DNA from: a virus | Taxonomy: Duplodnaviria; Caudoviricetes | Length of the DNA stretch: 58,398 nt | IMG/VR virus record: IMGVR_UViG_3300022928_000003 | Span: 1 to 58,398 of that record | Direction: 5' to 3' (one strand) | Part shown: positions 20,194 to 29,681 of the stretch, in pieces | Layout: each line of letters opens with the position of its first letter | Numbering within the stretch: position 1 is the first letter of the stretch | Notes under the pieces: generated by a model | Told to the model about the DNA's origin: nothing | What the model saw: the letters and a program-made list of their open reading frames with translations, nothing else | The model's database searches: none | Made by a program: the position numbers and the translations under genes

Positions 20194-20982
20194 CTATCTA
20201 ATAGAGAATCCGCCACCTTTAATTGCAGCACCCATACCACGGCATCCCATTTTACCACCTTTTGCAACACCACCATATTTCATCTTTTGAACTTTACCAC
20301 CATATTCCATCATTTTAAAATCTGCGCCAGATATTGTACCATCTTTGTTTTTATCTAATTTTTTTTGTTTACCTGTAAGTTTTTTATTTTTTTGATTTGT
20401 TTTAGCAACATTTTTACTAAAATCTTCATTCAAAATTTCTGTTTTATCTGCTTTTAAACTCTTAGGTCTTGGTTTAGGCATTGGAACATCTCCACCTTCT
20501 TTCATGCCTTTTGCTTGAACTTTTTTTATCGCTTCCATTAAACCGCCCTTTCTCATTTTTCTTATTGCTCCACCGTATTTTTTACCAAACATTTTGGCAA
20601 AATCAGATTCAAATTTATCAGCTATTTTTTTGGTTTGTGACGGGGATAACGATTCACCTTTACCAAAAACATTACCCTGCTCTTCTATTGCTCTTATAGC
20701 TGCTTCTAATTCAGCTTGACTTAATTTTTCGCCACCACTTTGCATTTTTTGTACTACTTTACCACCGAATCTAGCTTTCATAATATCATTCCTTTGTATT
20801 CCAAATGCACCAGGCTTCTGAATTGAGTTACTTTTAGCGCTTAGTTTAACAGGTTTAGTTCTTATCTTACGAGGCTTTTTAGATCTCTTCATCAATTGAG
20901 CTAAATCTTTTTCAGATTGAGAATCTAAAGCCATAGCCATATTGACTCCAGCTAAAGAATCTCTTTTCTTTTTATTAGACAT
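20194..20982 (-). CDS. Basic low-complexity protein with many xxxGG motifs and an EF-hand-like DKNKDGTISGADF loop
   Basis: Sequence inspection; lies between terminase and portal. Confidence 0.55.
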   Translation of the reverse strand: MSNKKKRDSLAGVNMAMALDSQSEKDLAQLMKRSKKPRKIRTKPVKLSAKSNSIQKPGAFGIQRNDIMKARFGGKVVQKMQSGGEKLSQAELEAAIRAIEEQGNVFGKGESLSPSQTKKIADKFESDFAKMFGKKYGGAIRKMRKGGLMEAIKKVQAKGMKEGGDVPMPKPRPKSLKADKTEILNEDFSKNVAKTNQKNKKLTGKQKKLDKNKDGTISGADFKMMEYGGKVQKMKYGGVAKGGKMGCRGMGAAIKGGGFSIR

Positions 20983-21269
20983 TATCTAATCCCTTTAAAC
21001 ATTCCGCCTCTGCCTTTGGCAACACCGCCCATGTTCATCTTCTTAACTTTACCACCGTCCATCATACCAACGGGCATGGACTTGGTTGTGTTTACTACGC
21101 CACCATCTGCTTTTTTTGCTATTTTGCCTAAAACAATTTCTTTTATTCCTGCGGGAAGGTTTTTCATTGGATTAGCTCCTCGATTTGCTTTAACCAAAGT
21201 ACCTTCAGATTTTAAAATATTTTCTGCAAGTTTTTGCATTTTTGAACTCATTTTATTTTTACCAGCCAT
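20982..21269 (-). CDS. Small basic GG-motif protein
   Basis: ADGGVV, MMDGGKV, MNMGGVA. Confidence 0.55.
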   Translation of the reverse strand: MAGKNKMSSKMQKLAENILKSEGTLVKANRGANPMKNLPAGIKEIVLGKIAKKADGGVVNTTKSMPVGMMDGGKVKKMNMGGVAKGRGGMFKGIR

Positions 21270-22753
21270 TAGTAATACTCCATTTTTCTTCTATATCCTG
21301 GTTCAAACTCTTCATCGTCAGGTGTGGATATAAAACCACCTTGTCTGAATCTTAGTATAGCCTGTGTCATTGAATCTGCCAAGTCATCATGATCTCCATG
21401 TGGAAAACTCGCACATTCCTCAACAACTTCCTCTGCAAAATTAGCATCTGGTCTCCATACCATACCACTTTCAAACACAGGTGCGCAAGCATTCATCCTT
21501 GCAAACTTATCAGCACCTTTGCTCGGTGTAAAGGGTGTAACAGGAATACCCATACGTCTTAATTCTTGTGTTAAAGGTGTACCACTTGCTTTTTGCTCTA
21601 TCAATATCATGTCTGGATCATAAGCATCGCTTAATTCATAAGCCTTTTGCTTCAGTTCTGGGAAATCCCATCTGCCCTTCTCTGCATCAAGTAAAATAAT
21701 TGCATCACCCTCACCTTCTACTGGTGTAAATATCCCCCAAGTAGTAATAGCACTAAAGTCAGCACGATCATTTTTACTGAAAGCGGTATCGTATGATTGT
21801 ATGATATATGAGCAGGGAGGTGGTTCAGCATGATCCCAAACATTCCACCATTCCCTTTTTATTATAGCTCCTTCTTCTGCCGTTGGGTTTTGCATATACT
21901 GTGCATTCCACTTGGCTACTGGAATTGACGCTTTTACTCCGTCTAATTCCTCTCGACTCCAATATTCGGGCCATAGTACATTGTTTGTATCTGGAAATAT
22001 TGCAGGAAACTCCACGACTTCCCATCTATCTGCTCCTCCTTCAGCTTGCTTAGATATAACCCTAGCTGTTAAATCTTTAATACCCCATCTAGTCATAACA
22101 ATAATAATTGAACCACCTGGCTGCAATCTTTGTCGAGGACCTGACGTATACCACTCATAAATACCATCAAGTGCAGTAGGGCTTAGTGCATCTTGTTCTG
22201 ATACTGGATCATCAATGATACATAAATCTGCACCACGACCAGCTAACGCACCACCCACACCAACAGCGTAATATTCACCACCACCATTTGTTGACCATCT
22301 ACCAGATGCCTTCGCATCACTTGCTAATTTTATATCAGGAAATATATCCCTGAAGTCATCGCTATCAATTAAGTTCTTGACTTTACGTCCAAAACCTACT
22401 GCAAGTTCTGCCGTGTGTGTCGCTTGTATTATCTTCAGATCAGGTCGTCTGCCCATAAGCCACGCTGGAAACAAGTAACTAGCAAACTCTGATTTAGTAT
22501 GTCTTGGCGGCATATTGACAATCAAACGCTTAATTTTGCCGTCAGCTACTTTTTGCAACTTGTCCGCATATATTTTGTGATGTTTACCCTCAATGAAAGT
22601 GGGCCAAATCTTCTTTACAAACTTTAAATAATTTTCTTGACTTGTTTTCTGCTCTTCTAAAACTTTAAGACGATCAAGAAGAGGAGCCATCTTAGAGATT
22701 TCATCATCACTAAGATATTCTGCAAAATCTGAGGCTTGTAAAACCTGATCCAT
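21269..22753 (-). CDS. terL: Terminase large subunit
   Basis: RLIVNMPPRHTKS (Walker A), IIDDP (Walker B), SYDTA, IEQKASG, HDDLADS nuclease motifs. Confidence 0.92.
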   Translation of the reverse strand: MDQVLQASDFAEYLSDDEISKMAPLLDRLKVLEEQKTSQENYLKFVKKIWPTFIEGKHHKIYADKLQKVADGKIKRLIVNMPPRHTKSEFASYLFPAWLMGRRPDLKIIQATHTAELAVGFGRKVKNLIDSDDFRDIFPDIKLASDAKASGRWSTNGGGEYYAVGVGGALAGRGADLCIIDDPVSEQDALSPTALDGIYEWYTSGPRQRLQPGGSIIIVMTRWGIKDLTARVISKQAEGGADRWEVVEFPAIFPDTNNVLWPEYWSREELDGVKASIPVAKWNAQYMQNPTAEEGAIIKREWWNVWDHAEPPPCSYIIQSYDTAFSKNDRADFSAITTWGIFTPVEGEGDAIILLDAEKGRWDFPELKQKAYELSDAYDPDMILIEQKASGTPLTQELRRMGIPVTPFTPSKGADKFARMNACAPVFESGMVWRPDANFAEEVVEECASFPHGDHDDLADSMTQAILRFRQGGFISTPDDEEFEPGYRRKMEYY

Positions 22754-25284
22754 TATGCTGTCGCTAAGAGATTATCCAATGCTTGCATAACCTTACCACC
22801 TTCTGCATAACCAGCAACCCCGCCTTTTTTCATAGACTTAGGGGCAGCAACACCTGTTAACATCTCGATTAACTTATTTATATCGCCTGTGTTAAAAGTA
22901 GATGGAACGAAATCACTAACATTACTGGTAAAAGGTGAATCAACAACTGTTGGAACTGTCTCTGGAACAGGTAAAGGATCACCACCACCTATTACGTTTG
23001 GTGGCTTATCCTCTTCCTCTTTTTCTTCTTCTGGCTTTGGCTTTATTACAAATGGATTTTCATTATTATCATCACTACCCATAGGAGCATTCGGATCCAT
23101 ACCTTCCATTAAATTACCAAATTTATCCTTAGAACCTACGATAACATCTCCATCATAAACTGGAGTATAACCTTTTTGAGCTATTGAATCCAAAACCCTA
23201 CCTCTTGAATAATTACTAAATTTATTTGCAAGAGATGTTAATGTTGGAATAGCCCCTATACCCGCATTTTTAAAAGGCTCTATAAATTCCTTTGGTGCTT
23301 CTATACCTGGCGCAACTATCGGGGGTGGCTCAAATGGCTTTATACCTCTACCCATAGCTGAAGAAGTTAAATTTTGTAAATTAGGTGCAGTGCCAACGCC
23401 CATAGCCTGTTCAGCAGCTAACCTATCTGCCTCATTTCTATCTGCTAGTGTTAAGGCAGTATCAAAATCATCGCCAACCCTGCTTTCTTCACGAGTTGTT
23501 GTATCAATATCAAATACTGTATCAACGGGTCCTATTCGACCTGCCATAGTTTCTAATGCAGTGTCAGGAACAATCCCACGATTAGGCTCTGGATCATATG
23601 GTGTAAAAGTTGTACCCATATCAGCATCTCTAATATCATTCAATATTTGTTGTTGAGCCTCATCAGATAATGATCTAAATGTATTTTCATCCATGCCAGC
23701 TATTTGACCTGTACCTGTCTTTACTGCACTTTCGGTCATAACATTCGGATCAACTCTTGAAGGATCTCCAAAAGAATCCACTTGAGGCATAGATTGTATT
23801 ACATCACCCCTTGATCCAGCTCCTTGCGTACCAACTGGAGCTATACCTTTTTGAGCTTGATTGCCTCTCTGACTTAAAAAATTTGAAATCTGAAATGCGT
23901 CTGGCACATAATCAAAAATAGTATTCTTTAACGCACCATCTGGCTGACTCTCTACAAAACTTTTATTTTGTCCAAATGCTGTATTTAAATCAAGACCGTC
24001 CAAAACATCGTTGCTAAATGTAGAATTTAACGAACTAGGTCTAAAAGACGCTTGAACAATATCTGCTGGATTCACGTTTTTAGCAGAAGCTGTCAATGTG
24101 TCTTTATTGTCAAATATGCTAGCTAATTGTGTGCCAGTATCAGCAGGTCTTTCATCTTGAAGAACATCCAAGTTAGCCATAATAGAACTGTCATATTCCT
24201 TCTGACCAGCATCTGTTAAACTACCATCTTTGTTTATAAATCCCAAAGCATCAGCTTCTGTGCCACCAAAAACCTCATTTTCAGCTCTTGCAATCGCCTC
24301 TTGTAAAATCTCTGGTCTTGGTGTTGGAAAAGCAATGTCTTGATTGCTGTCGTCTCCACCAGTGTAAACACCAGAATCATCTGTGCTGTAATCAGAAACA
24401 TCGTTGTCTTCGCTAAATCCATCATCACTTGTCGCATCTACACTGCCATAATCACTGAACCCACCAAAGTCGCTGTCATCAACCTCACCACCATCAAAAA
24501 ATGCCCTTGGTGAACCACCCATCAACTGTGTGCTACCTGGCGTAAAGCCCTCATTGAATATTCGCTGGTCTATCATATTAAACATGTTAGGCCCGCCTCG
24601 CAAACCCATTGGCTCTCTTAATATGCCATTTTTGTCTTTTAACGGATCAACGGGTCTTGCCATCGTATCTTGTATTTGTGGAGGATTAAATGGGCGAAAT
24701 CCATTAATTCCAGAATCAAAAATAGATAAAAGCGGCTCTCCCGCCGTTTCCAAAGGTCTTGATAAATCTCCAGGTCTTGATAAATCTTCAGGGGGTTGTT
24801 GAGGTACACGCTGAAACATAGAAGGGCTAATTAATGGCTCCGCAATCTCCATTAAAGGTTGAGATGGGTCAAAAGTTTTTAAAGGTCCAAAAACACTTTG
24901 ACCACCACTACCACCACCACCATTTAAATTAAAACGCTGACTAGCCATCTGCTGAACTTCTTGAATAAATGGCTCAACTTGCGTGTTATCTATCTGCTGA
25001 GATAAATAATCACCATAACTATCCAAAGGATTGCTCGCCACACCACCTAACCGCATGTTTACAGGCTGATTAAATATGTCAATATTCGCCATCGGATCTG
25101 GAGCTGGCATCATAGGAGCTGAACCCATCGAAATTGGGGGAGTCATAGCCGTTGCGTTTGATATAGATTTTAGAAAATTGTTAAAATTACCCCTACTTTG
25201 GGCTGTTGTCTCAAAATTTACCTGTGGCGGTTGTGGTGGTACTGGTGGTGTACCCATATTCCCGCCTAAAGGTCCATTCGCCAT
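22753..25284 (-). CDS. Large acidic, Pro/Gly-rich putative virion protein with GG motifs
   Basis: Start taken as MANGPL (GTGGAG RBS); MRLGGV, FFDGGEV, MKKGGV, YAEGGKV. Confidence 0.55.
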   Translation of the reverse strand: MANGPLGGNMGTPPVPPQPPQVNFETTAQSRGNFNNFLKSISNATAMTPPISMGSAPMMPAPDPMANIDIFNQPVNMRLGGVASNPLDSYGDYLSQQIDNTQVEPFIQEVQQMASQRFNLNGGGGSGGQSVFGPLKTFDPSQPLMEIAEPLISPSMFQRVPQQPPEDLSRPGDLSRPLETAGEPLLSIFDSGINGFRPFNPPQIQDTMARPVDPLKDKNGILREPMGLRGGPNMFNMIDQRIFNEGFTPGSTQLMGGSPRAFFDGGEVDDSDFGGFSDYGSVDATSDDGFSEDNDVSDYSTDDSGVYTGGDDSNQDIAFPTPRPEILQEAIARAENEVFGGTEADALGFINKDGSLTDAGQKEYDSSIMANLDVLQDERPADTGTQLASIFDNKDTLTASAKNVNPADIVQASFRPSSLNSTFSNDVLDGLDLNTAFGQNKSFVESQPDGALKNTIFDYVPDAFQISNFLSQRGNQAQKGIAPVGTQGAGSRGDVIQSMPQVDSFGDPSRVDPNVMTESAVKTGTGQIAGMDENTFRSLSDEAQQQILNDIRDADMGTTFTPYDPEPNRGIVPDTALETMAGRIGPVDTVFDIDTTTREESRVGDDFDTALTLADRNEADRLAAEQAMGVGTAPNLQNLTSSAMGRGIKPFEPPPIVAPGIEAPKEFIEPFKNAGIGAIPTLTSLANKFSNYSRGRVLDSIAQKGYTPVYDGDVIVGSKDKFGNLMEGMDPNAPMGSDDNNENPFVIKPKPEEEKEEEDKPPNVIGGGDPLPVPETVPTVVDSPFTSNVSDFVPSTFNTGDINKLIEMLTGVAAPKSMKKGGVAGYAEGGKVMQALDNLLATA

Positions 25285-25329
25285 GAAATATCTCCACAAA
25301 AAACTATTTTATGCGAAGATACTATACGA

Positions 25330-25716
25330 TTAATTTATTTTTGACAATAGAAAGCCCATTTCTTTATGGCTTTGAGCTAAAATTTTAGAAACCATGTCAG
25401 AATTTGCAGAAATATCGTCCTTCATTTTCTTCATAAGAGCCTCAATCCTGTCAACATCCCATTTCGTCAATGGCTCTTCATACTTTTTAACCTCATCATG
25501 CAATTTATCCATCTTATCCATGTTTTTACACAAATATTTCGCTGATAAAACTACAGATATCGGAACTGGTTTCGTTCCATGCTCATAATGGTTCCACATC
25601 CTATGGCTCAAACCTAATTTCTTCGCCATGTTTACCTGACTTATTCCTAATTGATTGCGATAATTCAACATTTCATTGTTTTTTACTTTCGCATAGCTGT
25701 TTTCGTTACGTTTCAT
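25330..25716 (-). CDS. XRE-family helix-turn-helix transcriptional regulator
   Basis: YRNQLGISQVNMAKKLGLSHRMWNHYEHGTKPVP. Confidence 0.8.
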   Translation of the reverse strand: MKRNENSYAKVKNNEMLNYRNQLGISQVNMAKKLGLSHRMWNHYEHGTKPVPISVVLSAKYLCKNMDKMDKLHDEVKKYEEPLTKWDVDRIEALMKKMKDDISANSDMVSKILAQSHKEMGFLLSKIN

Positions 25717-25952
25717 TGGCTTGTCTCCTTCAATATTTTATATTTTAATAAATCTTCCGTAAATTCAGCAACAGTTCCAAACCTTACAGGCTTGTAAACC
25801 TTGTCACAAACGTTGGAAGCACATGTCGATAGCAGATCATCTACGTTATCTTTGTCATATCCCATTATTTTACGAAAAACATCAATAACATCATTCGGAT
25901 CGTCAGACTCAAAATCTCTGAAACCTGCGTATTCTAGTACATATCTAGGCAT
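25713..25952 (-). CDS. Hypothetical protein
   Basis: Start taken as MPRYVL after AGGAGG RBS. Confidence 0.55.
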   Translation of the reverse strand: MPRYVLEYAGFRDFESDDPNDVIDVFRKIMGYDKDNVDDLLSTCASNVCDKVYKPVRFGTVAEFTEDLLKYKILKETSQ

Positions 25953-25972
25953 ATTGCCCTCCTTTGACACAA

Positions 25973-26001
25973 GATGTAGCAATGAATGCTAAAAAGCGCA
26001 A
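25973..26001 (-). promoter_or_regulatory. sigma70-like promoter with operator GCATTCATTGC (drives the HTH operon)
   Basis: TTGCGC-17 nt-TACATC; the spacer carries the shared 11-bp motif. Confidence 0.5.
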
Positions 26002-26146
26002 GATTTTTTTTATAAAATTTTTTTTGGAGGTCGTATTTGAAATTGATGGGGGTCGTTTGAGGGGAACACGGTTTAGAAGATTTTTGCCAAAATTTATATA
26101 AATTTGGTGGTATGGTGGGGCTATACCGCCCCGTTTTATTCAGTAA

Positions 26147-26159
26147 AATCAATAACTTA
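26147..26159 (+). promoter_or_regulatory. IHF consensus site
   Basis: AATCAATAACTTA fits WATCAANNNNTTR. Confidence 0.45.
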
Positions 26160-26221
26160 GAACAATTGTTAGATATTGTATATTAACTAACAATTGTTCG
26201 ATGTCATAATAAATTTTAGAC

Positions 26222-26258
26222 AAAAAAATAGACCGTATAAAATTAATTATACGGTCTA
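26222..26258 (-). terminator. Terminator after the amidoligase gene
   Basis: TAGACCGTATAA-loop-TTATACGGTCTA followed by T7. Confidence 0.75.
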
Positions 26259-26268
26259 GATTTAAACC

Positions 26269-27474
26269 TTAATTTCTAAAAGGTTTTAAGTTTGATTTAT
26301 ATTGGTTGTCTAATCCAAGTAATAAATTTGTACCGCCATTGTTAGCGAATACAGCACCGCCAGAGCCACTATTTACTTGTAATGGTACTTCATAGCCGTT
26401 TAGATCATAACGTCCTTGAGAAGAGCTGTAAGCGTGATTATAGTGTTGTTGATTATGAGTGATTAAAATATCACGTCCAAACTGATTAATTAAGTTTGGT
26501 CTTATTTGCTCACTTATCATAGACCTAACACGCTGAGCGGTTTGAATACCGCTAGCATCCATGATCTCTTGGACTGTAGCACCGCCAACACGTCTCATTA
26601 ATGAGTATGCTATTGATTGTCTAGTACGACTAGAGCGCCCAATATAAGACGGTGTATCAATAACGGCTTGCACTTGGTTATGTCTATTAACAATTGAGTG
26701 TCTTTGCATGTTAGATAAAAACATCATCCAAGACCATATTTTATCAATTTCTAAAGTACCGCCATGCGATCTAAATTCTACAGTTTCATAATCATCCCAA
26801 TGATTAAGATTAATAGCTGAGAATTTACCGCCAACTGAGATAACACGTTTTAATTTGTGCCAAGTACACTCAGTATTTTTTATAGTACTTGGCGCTAATG
26901 GTTTTTTGCAAAAATAACCGTTTTTTTGTCTTGCTCTTCTCATAGGCTCAACTGCATAACCACCATCATCAATTCTTGACGGCGCAAGCAAAGAATTAAA
27001 CTGTATAATATTTTTGCTTACTCTGTATCCCATATCTTTAACAATCTCTAAAGGTATAGCATCACCAAAATAATCAGTACCATTGCGACTAGGTAAAGCT
27101 CGTCCATGAATAGCAGTATATTCAACTGATTTATCATGAAAATCATTTGGATCAATTGTTATTGGTCGTCTAGATAAATGAACATGAATGGATGCAGTCC
27201 AATTGACGGTTGCGCCATGATCGTTCAATTGTTCGAGTACTGATTTTAAATAATTATATGATTTTTGAGAATTACTTAAAATTGGTAATCTTGCCTCGCC
27301 GTCAACTCTTGAACCATCATATACATACTCTAGACCTTTTATTTTATTTGAGCCTAGTGAATTGTTATAACGGTTCATTTCAGTATAAGACCTTGTATTA
27401 AATTCAGGTTCTACACCAAAAACAAAATTTTGGTTATCGAATATGTTTTTATTTGTGTTAATTGTATCAAACAT
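26269..27474 (-). CDS. Putative amidoligase (COOH-NH2 ligase) with C-terminal winged-HTH (DUF3489-like) extension
   Basis: FGVEPEF, YDGS, HVHLS, KFSAINL, TVEFRSHGGT motifs; C-terminal SLMRRVGGATVQEIMDASG. Confidence 0.75.
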   Translation of the reverse strand: MFDTINTNKNIFDNQNFVFGVEPEFNTRSYTEMNRYNNSLGSNKIKGLEYVYDGSRVDGEARLPILSNSQKSYNYLKSVLEQLNDHGATVNWTASIHVHLSRRPITIDPNDFHDKSVEYTAIHGRALPSRNGTDYFGDAIPLEIVKDMGYRVSKNIIQFNSLLAPSRIDDGGYAVEPMRRARQKNGYFCKKPLAPSTIKNTECTWHKLKRVISVGGKFSAINLNHWDDYETVEFRSHGGTLEIDKIWSWMMFLSNMQRHSIVNRHNQVQAVIDTPSYIGRSSRTRQSIAYSLMRRVGGATVQEIMDASGIQTAQRVRSMISEQIRPNLINQFGRDILITHNQQHYNHAYSSSQGRYDLNGYEVPLQVNSGSGGAVFANNGGTNLLLGLDNQYKSNLKPFRN

Positions 27475-27541
27475 TTTGTTTATCCTTTTTTAGTTATTGT
27501 TTGGTTTTTAGGCGCATTTTGCCGCCTAAGTTTTAATTAGG

Positions 27542-27570
27542 TATATAAGGTAATGATTACAAGTATACCA
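27542..27570 (-). promoter_or_regulatory. Early promoter with operator GTAATCATTAC
   Basis: -10 TATATA two bases after the motif, as at 28961..28989; degenerate -35. Confidence 0.5.
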
Positions 27571-27717
27571 CCAAAATTAATTTGCTAAGTCATTGTTTTT
27601 ATTGAGAAACTTTTTTTGCTTTACCTCTTGACAATATTATTTAACAAGTTAATTAAATTTTCATTAGGAGGATATAGGGGGGAGGATCTAGAAAATGATT
27701 TGGGCAGGGGGCGAAAT

Positions 27718-27827
27718 CCCCGATCCCCGATCAGTGTCCTGCCCGATCCGAACAATTGTCCGATTGCCTTCCAGAAAAAACCCAGATCCTGCTGGGCTTT
27801 TTCAGGGGCTGGTTATCGAACAATTTA
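27718..27827 (-). repeat. Post-gene module: stop + AATTGTTCG half-site, terminator, palindrome, CCCGATC repeats
   Basis: Half-site 27817, hairpin CCCAG/CTGGG+T6, CGAACAATTGTCCG 27749. Confidence 0.7.
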
Positions 27828-28292
27828 CCTCCATGACCTGCCTCCACGCCTTGTTTGAATAACCCTACCTGCTTCCTTCTCGTAATCGAAGGCTTCAACA
27901 ACTGCGTCAAGAAGTTGTTCGGTATCTAGCTGGAAGTCTTCATACCCCTGCTTGATTGCGTCAAAGTATCTTTTGTTCGGAACAGCCTGACCTGCGTAGT
28001 TCATTATATAAATCATACCTTGAGTCATGCCCATGTACGACAGATCAACATATTCCTTTCTGTAAAGATTTGGGTAACCCTCAAAGATGTCTAAGTTTCT
28101 CTCATCTTGTTCAGATATTTTCCACAACCCCACAGGAACGCTATGCTTCTCTGACGGAACGATACTCGCCACGTTGTTGAATATCAGTTTGTACCCCAGT
28201 AGATTTGTCTTACCTACTGGAACTGCATCAGGCGATCTAGTCGCCATATTCTTTTTGTTAAGGTTTGCACCATAAGCTATGTATATTGCCAT
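27825..28292 (-). CDS. Gamma-glutamylcyclotransferase (AIG2-like) family protein
   Basis: YIAYGANL, V.VGLWKI...DE..LD.FEGYP..Y motifs; adjacent to the amidoligase. Confidence 0.85.
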   Translation of the reverse strand: MAIYIAYGANLNKKNMATRSPDAVPVGKTNLLGYKLIFNNVASIVPSEKHSVPVGLWKISEQDERNLDIFEGYPNLYRKEYVDLSYMGMTQGMIYIMNYAGQAVPNKRYFDAIKQGYEDFQLDTEQLLDAVVEAFDYEKEAGRVIQTRRGGRSWR

Positions 28293-28322
28293 TTGTCTCT
28301 CCTTTGGCTGATTAATATATAT

Positions 28323-28351
28323 AATATATAGTAATGATTGCATGTTGTCAA
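28323..28351 (-). promoter_or_regulatory. sigma70 early promoter with operator GCAATCATTAC
   Basis: TTGACA-17 nt-TATATT. Confidence 0.75.
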
Positions 28352-28458
28352 GTAGTAAAAGTATAAAAACCTACAGCAACATTATTATAACCAGTTGTTA
28401 TCTAATTTCATGCTTTGCTGCCAATGCGTACTGTTCCTGGCTGCGCACAGGAAGGAAA

Positions 28459-28576
28459 CCGAACAATTGTTCACCTGCAGCCAGGAGGAAGGGGGGGGGT
28501 GGACAATTGTTCGAGCTGGACGCAAAAAAAACAGGAGCCGAAGCTCCCGTTTCCCGATCCGATCCCGAACAATTTA
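28459..28576 (-). repeat. Post-gene module: stop + half-site, terminator, two palindromes around a G/C run
   Basis: Half-site 28566; hairpin ACGGGAGC-TTCG-GCTCCTGT+T run; sites at 28501 and 28460. Confidence 0.75.
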
Positions 28577-28927
28577 TGCTGCAGTAATCTTCCTTCTGTC
28601 GATCATATCCCATTTAGCAACGATTTCTTCGCCTAAGATATAAACATACATATTAACAACCTTTTCAGGGTCTGAAATGTCTGTTGTTAGTTTACCAAAG
28701 TTAAATTCTTCATAGTCTTTGATAATGCCAATAACATTAAATGCCTCTTCTCCCAGCCATTTCTTAGCTTTGTATGTGCCAATTATGTAATAGTCTGTAT
28801 TAAAAGCGTTGTGGTGTACGTCTGTCCAGTCGTCATTGTCTGGTGTGTTTTCTTTTAACCAGTCTTGAAAGTATTCTTCTACTTCCTGATATTTGAATGT
28901 GTTCTTGTCTATGTCTGTAAATTGCAT
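28574..28927 (-). CDS. Early hypothetical protein
   Basis: HH.AFNTDYYIIGTYKAKKWL, EKVVNMYVYI.GE; own promoter and AAGGAG RBS. Confidence 0.7.
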   Translation of the reverse strand: MQFTDIDKNTFKYQEVEEYFQDWLKENTPDNDDWTDVHHNAFNTDYYIIGTYKAKKWLGEEAFNVIGIIKDYEEFNFGKLTTDISDPEKVVNMYVYILGEEIVAKWDMIDRRKITAA

Positions 28928-28960
28928 TTGTTTCTCCTTTGGTTTTGTTTAATTAATATT

Positions 28961-28989
28961 AATATAGTGTAATGATTGCAACATGTCAA
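28961..28989 (-). promoter_or_regulatory. sigma70 early promoter with operator GCAATCATTAC
   Basis: TTGACA-17 nt-TATATT. Confidence 0.75.
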
Positions 28990-29144
28990 CCCTTAAATAA
29001 AACTTTTTCAATGATTACGTCATCATATCCTTTAGCTATCCATTCATCTGCGTGTTGCTTTGCTCGTGAATAGTCTTTGTAGTAATCATCTGTACCACCA
29101 ACCCAAACTATCCATCTCCAGCTCTGTTTGTATTCCTCTGTCAT
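28986..29144 (-). CDS. 52-aa early protein (MTEEYKQSWRWIVWVGG...KGYDDVIIEK)
   Basis: Read manually; AGGAGG RBS; below the ORF-track size cut-off. Confidence 0.65.
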   Translation of the reverse strand: MTEEYKQSWRWIVWVGGTDDYYKDYSRAKQHADEWIAKGYDDVIIEKVLFKG

Positions 29145-29165
29145 TTTGACCTCCTGCTGTTAACC

Positions 29166-29283
29166 CCGAACAATTGTTCACCTGTGCGTGACCTGCTGGG
29201 GGGGGGCTGCTTCTCGAACAATTGTTCGCCCTGCTGCCAGAAAAAACAGGATCAGGTTTCCCCGATCCCGTTCCGAACAATTA
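29166..29283 (-). repeat. Post-gene module homologous to 28459..28576
   Basis: Half-site 29274; hairpin CGGGATCGGG/CCTGATCCTG+T6; palindromes at 29215 and 29167 around a G9 run. Confidence 0.75.
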
Positions 29284-29646
29284 GGCTGTTACTAAATTGT
29301 TCGTTGATTTGCCAGTTTCGTGAAGTCTGTGCTGCCATTCAATAACTTCGTCATTGACCAATGTTACAGCTCTTTCGCTGTGTCCACCAACATTCCACAT
29401 CATTATCTGACTAACTCTCTTACCCTCTGCTCCTAAGTAATTAAGTCCGTTCTTATAATTATATATGGTTGCTATTGTGCCATCTTCAAACTTGATAGCC
29501 CATTGAGCATCTACTTTGTTATCAGACTCCTCAGACCATTCAAATCTTGTTGGCTCTCCGAAAACTTCTACCAGCTCCTGATAAGTTGCCCCAACATTAC
29601 CCTGAAGATGTGTTCCATAAGTTGTATTTGTTTTTTTAAATTTCAT
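29281..29646 (-). CDS. Early hypothetical protein
   Basis: TY.ELVEVFGEP...KVD..W...ATIYNYK...WNVGG; start MKFKK. Confidence 0.7.
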   Translation of the reverse strand: MKFKKTNTTYGTHLQGNVGATYQELVEVFGEPTRFEWSEESDNKVDAQWAIKFEDGTIATIYNYKNGLNYLGAEGKRVSQIMMWNVGGHSERAVTLVNDEVIEWQHRLHETGKSTNNLVTA

Positions 29647-29681
29647 TGGCTTAGTTCCTTGTGTTTGTTTAACTTGATATA

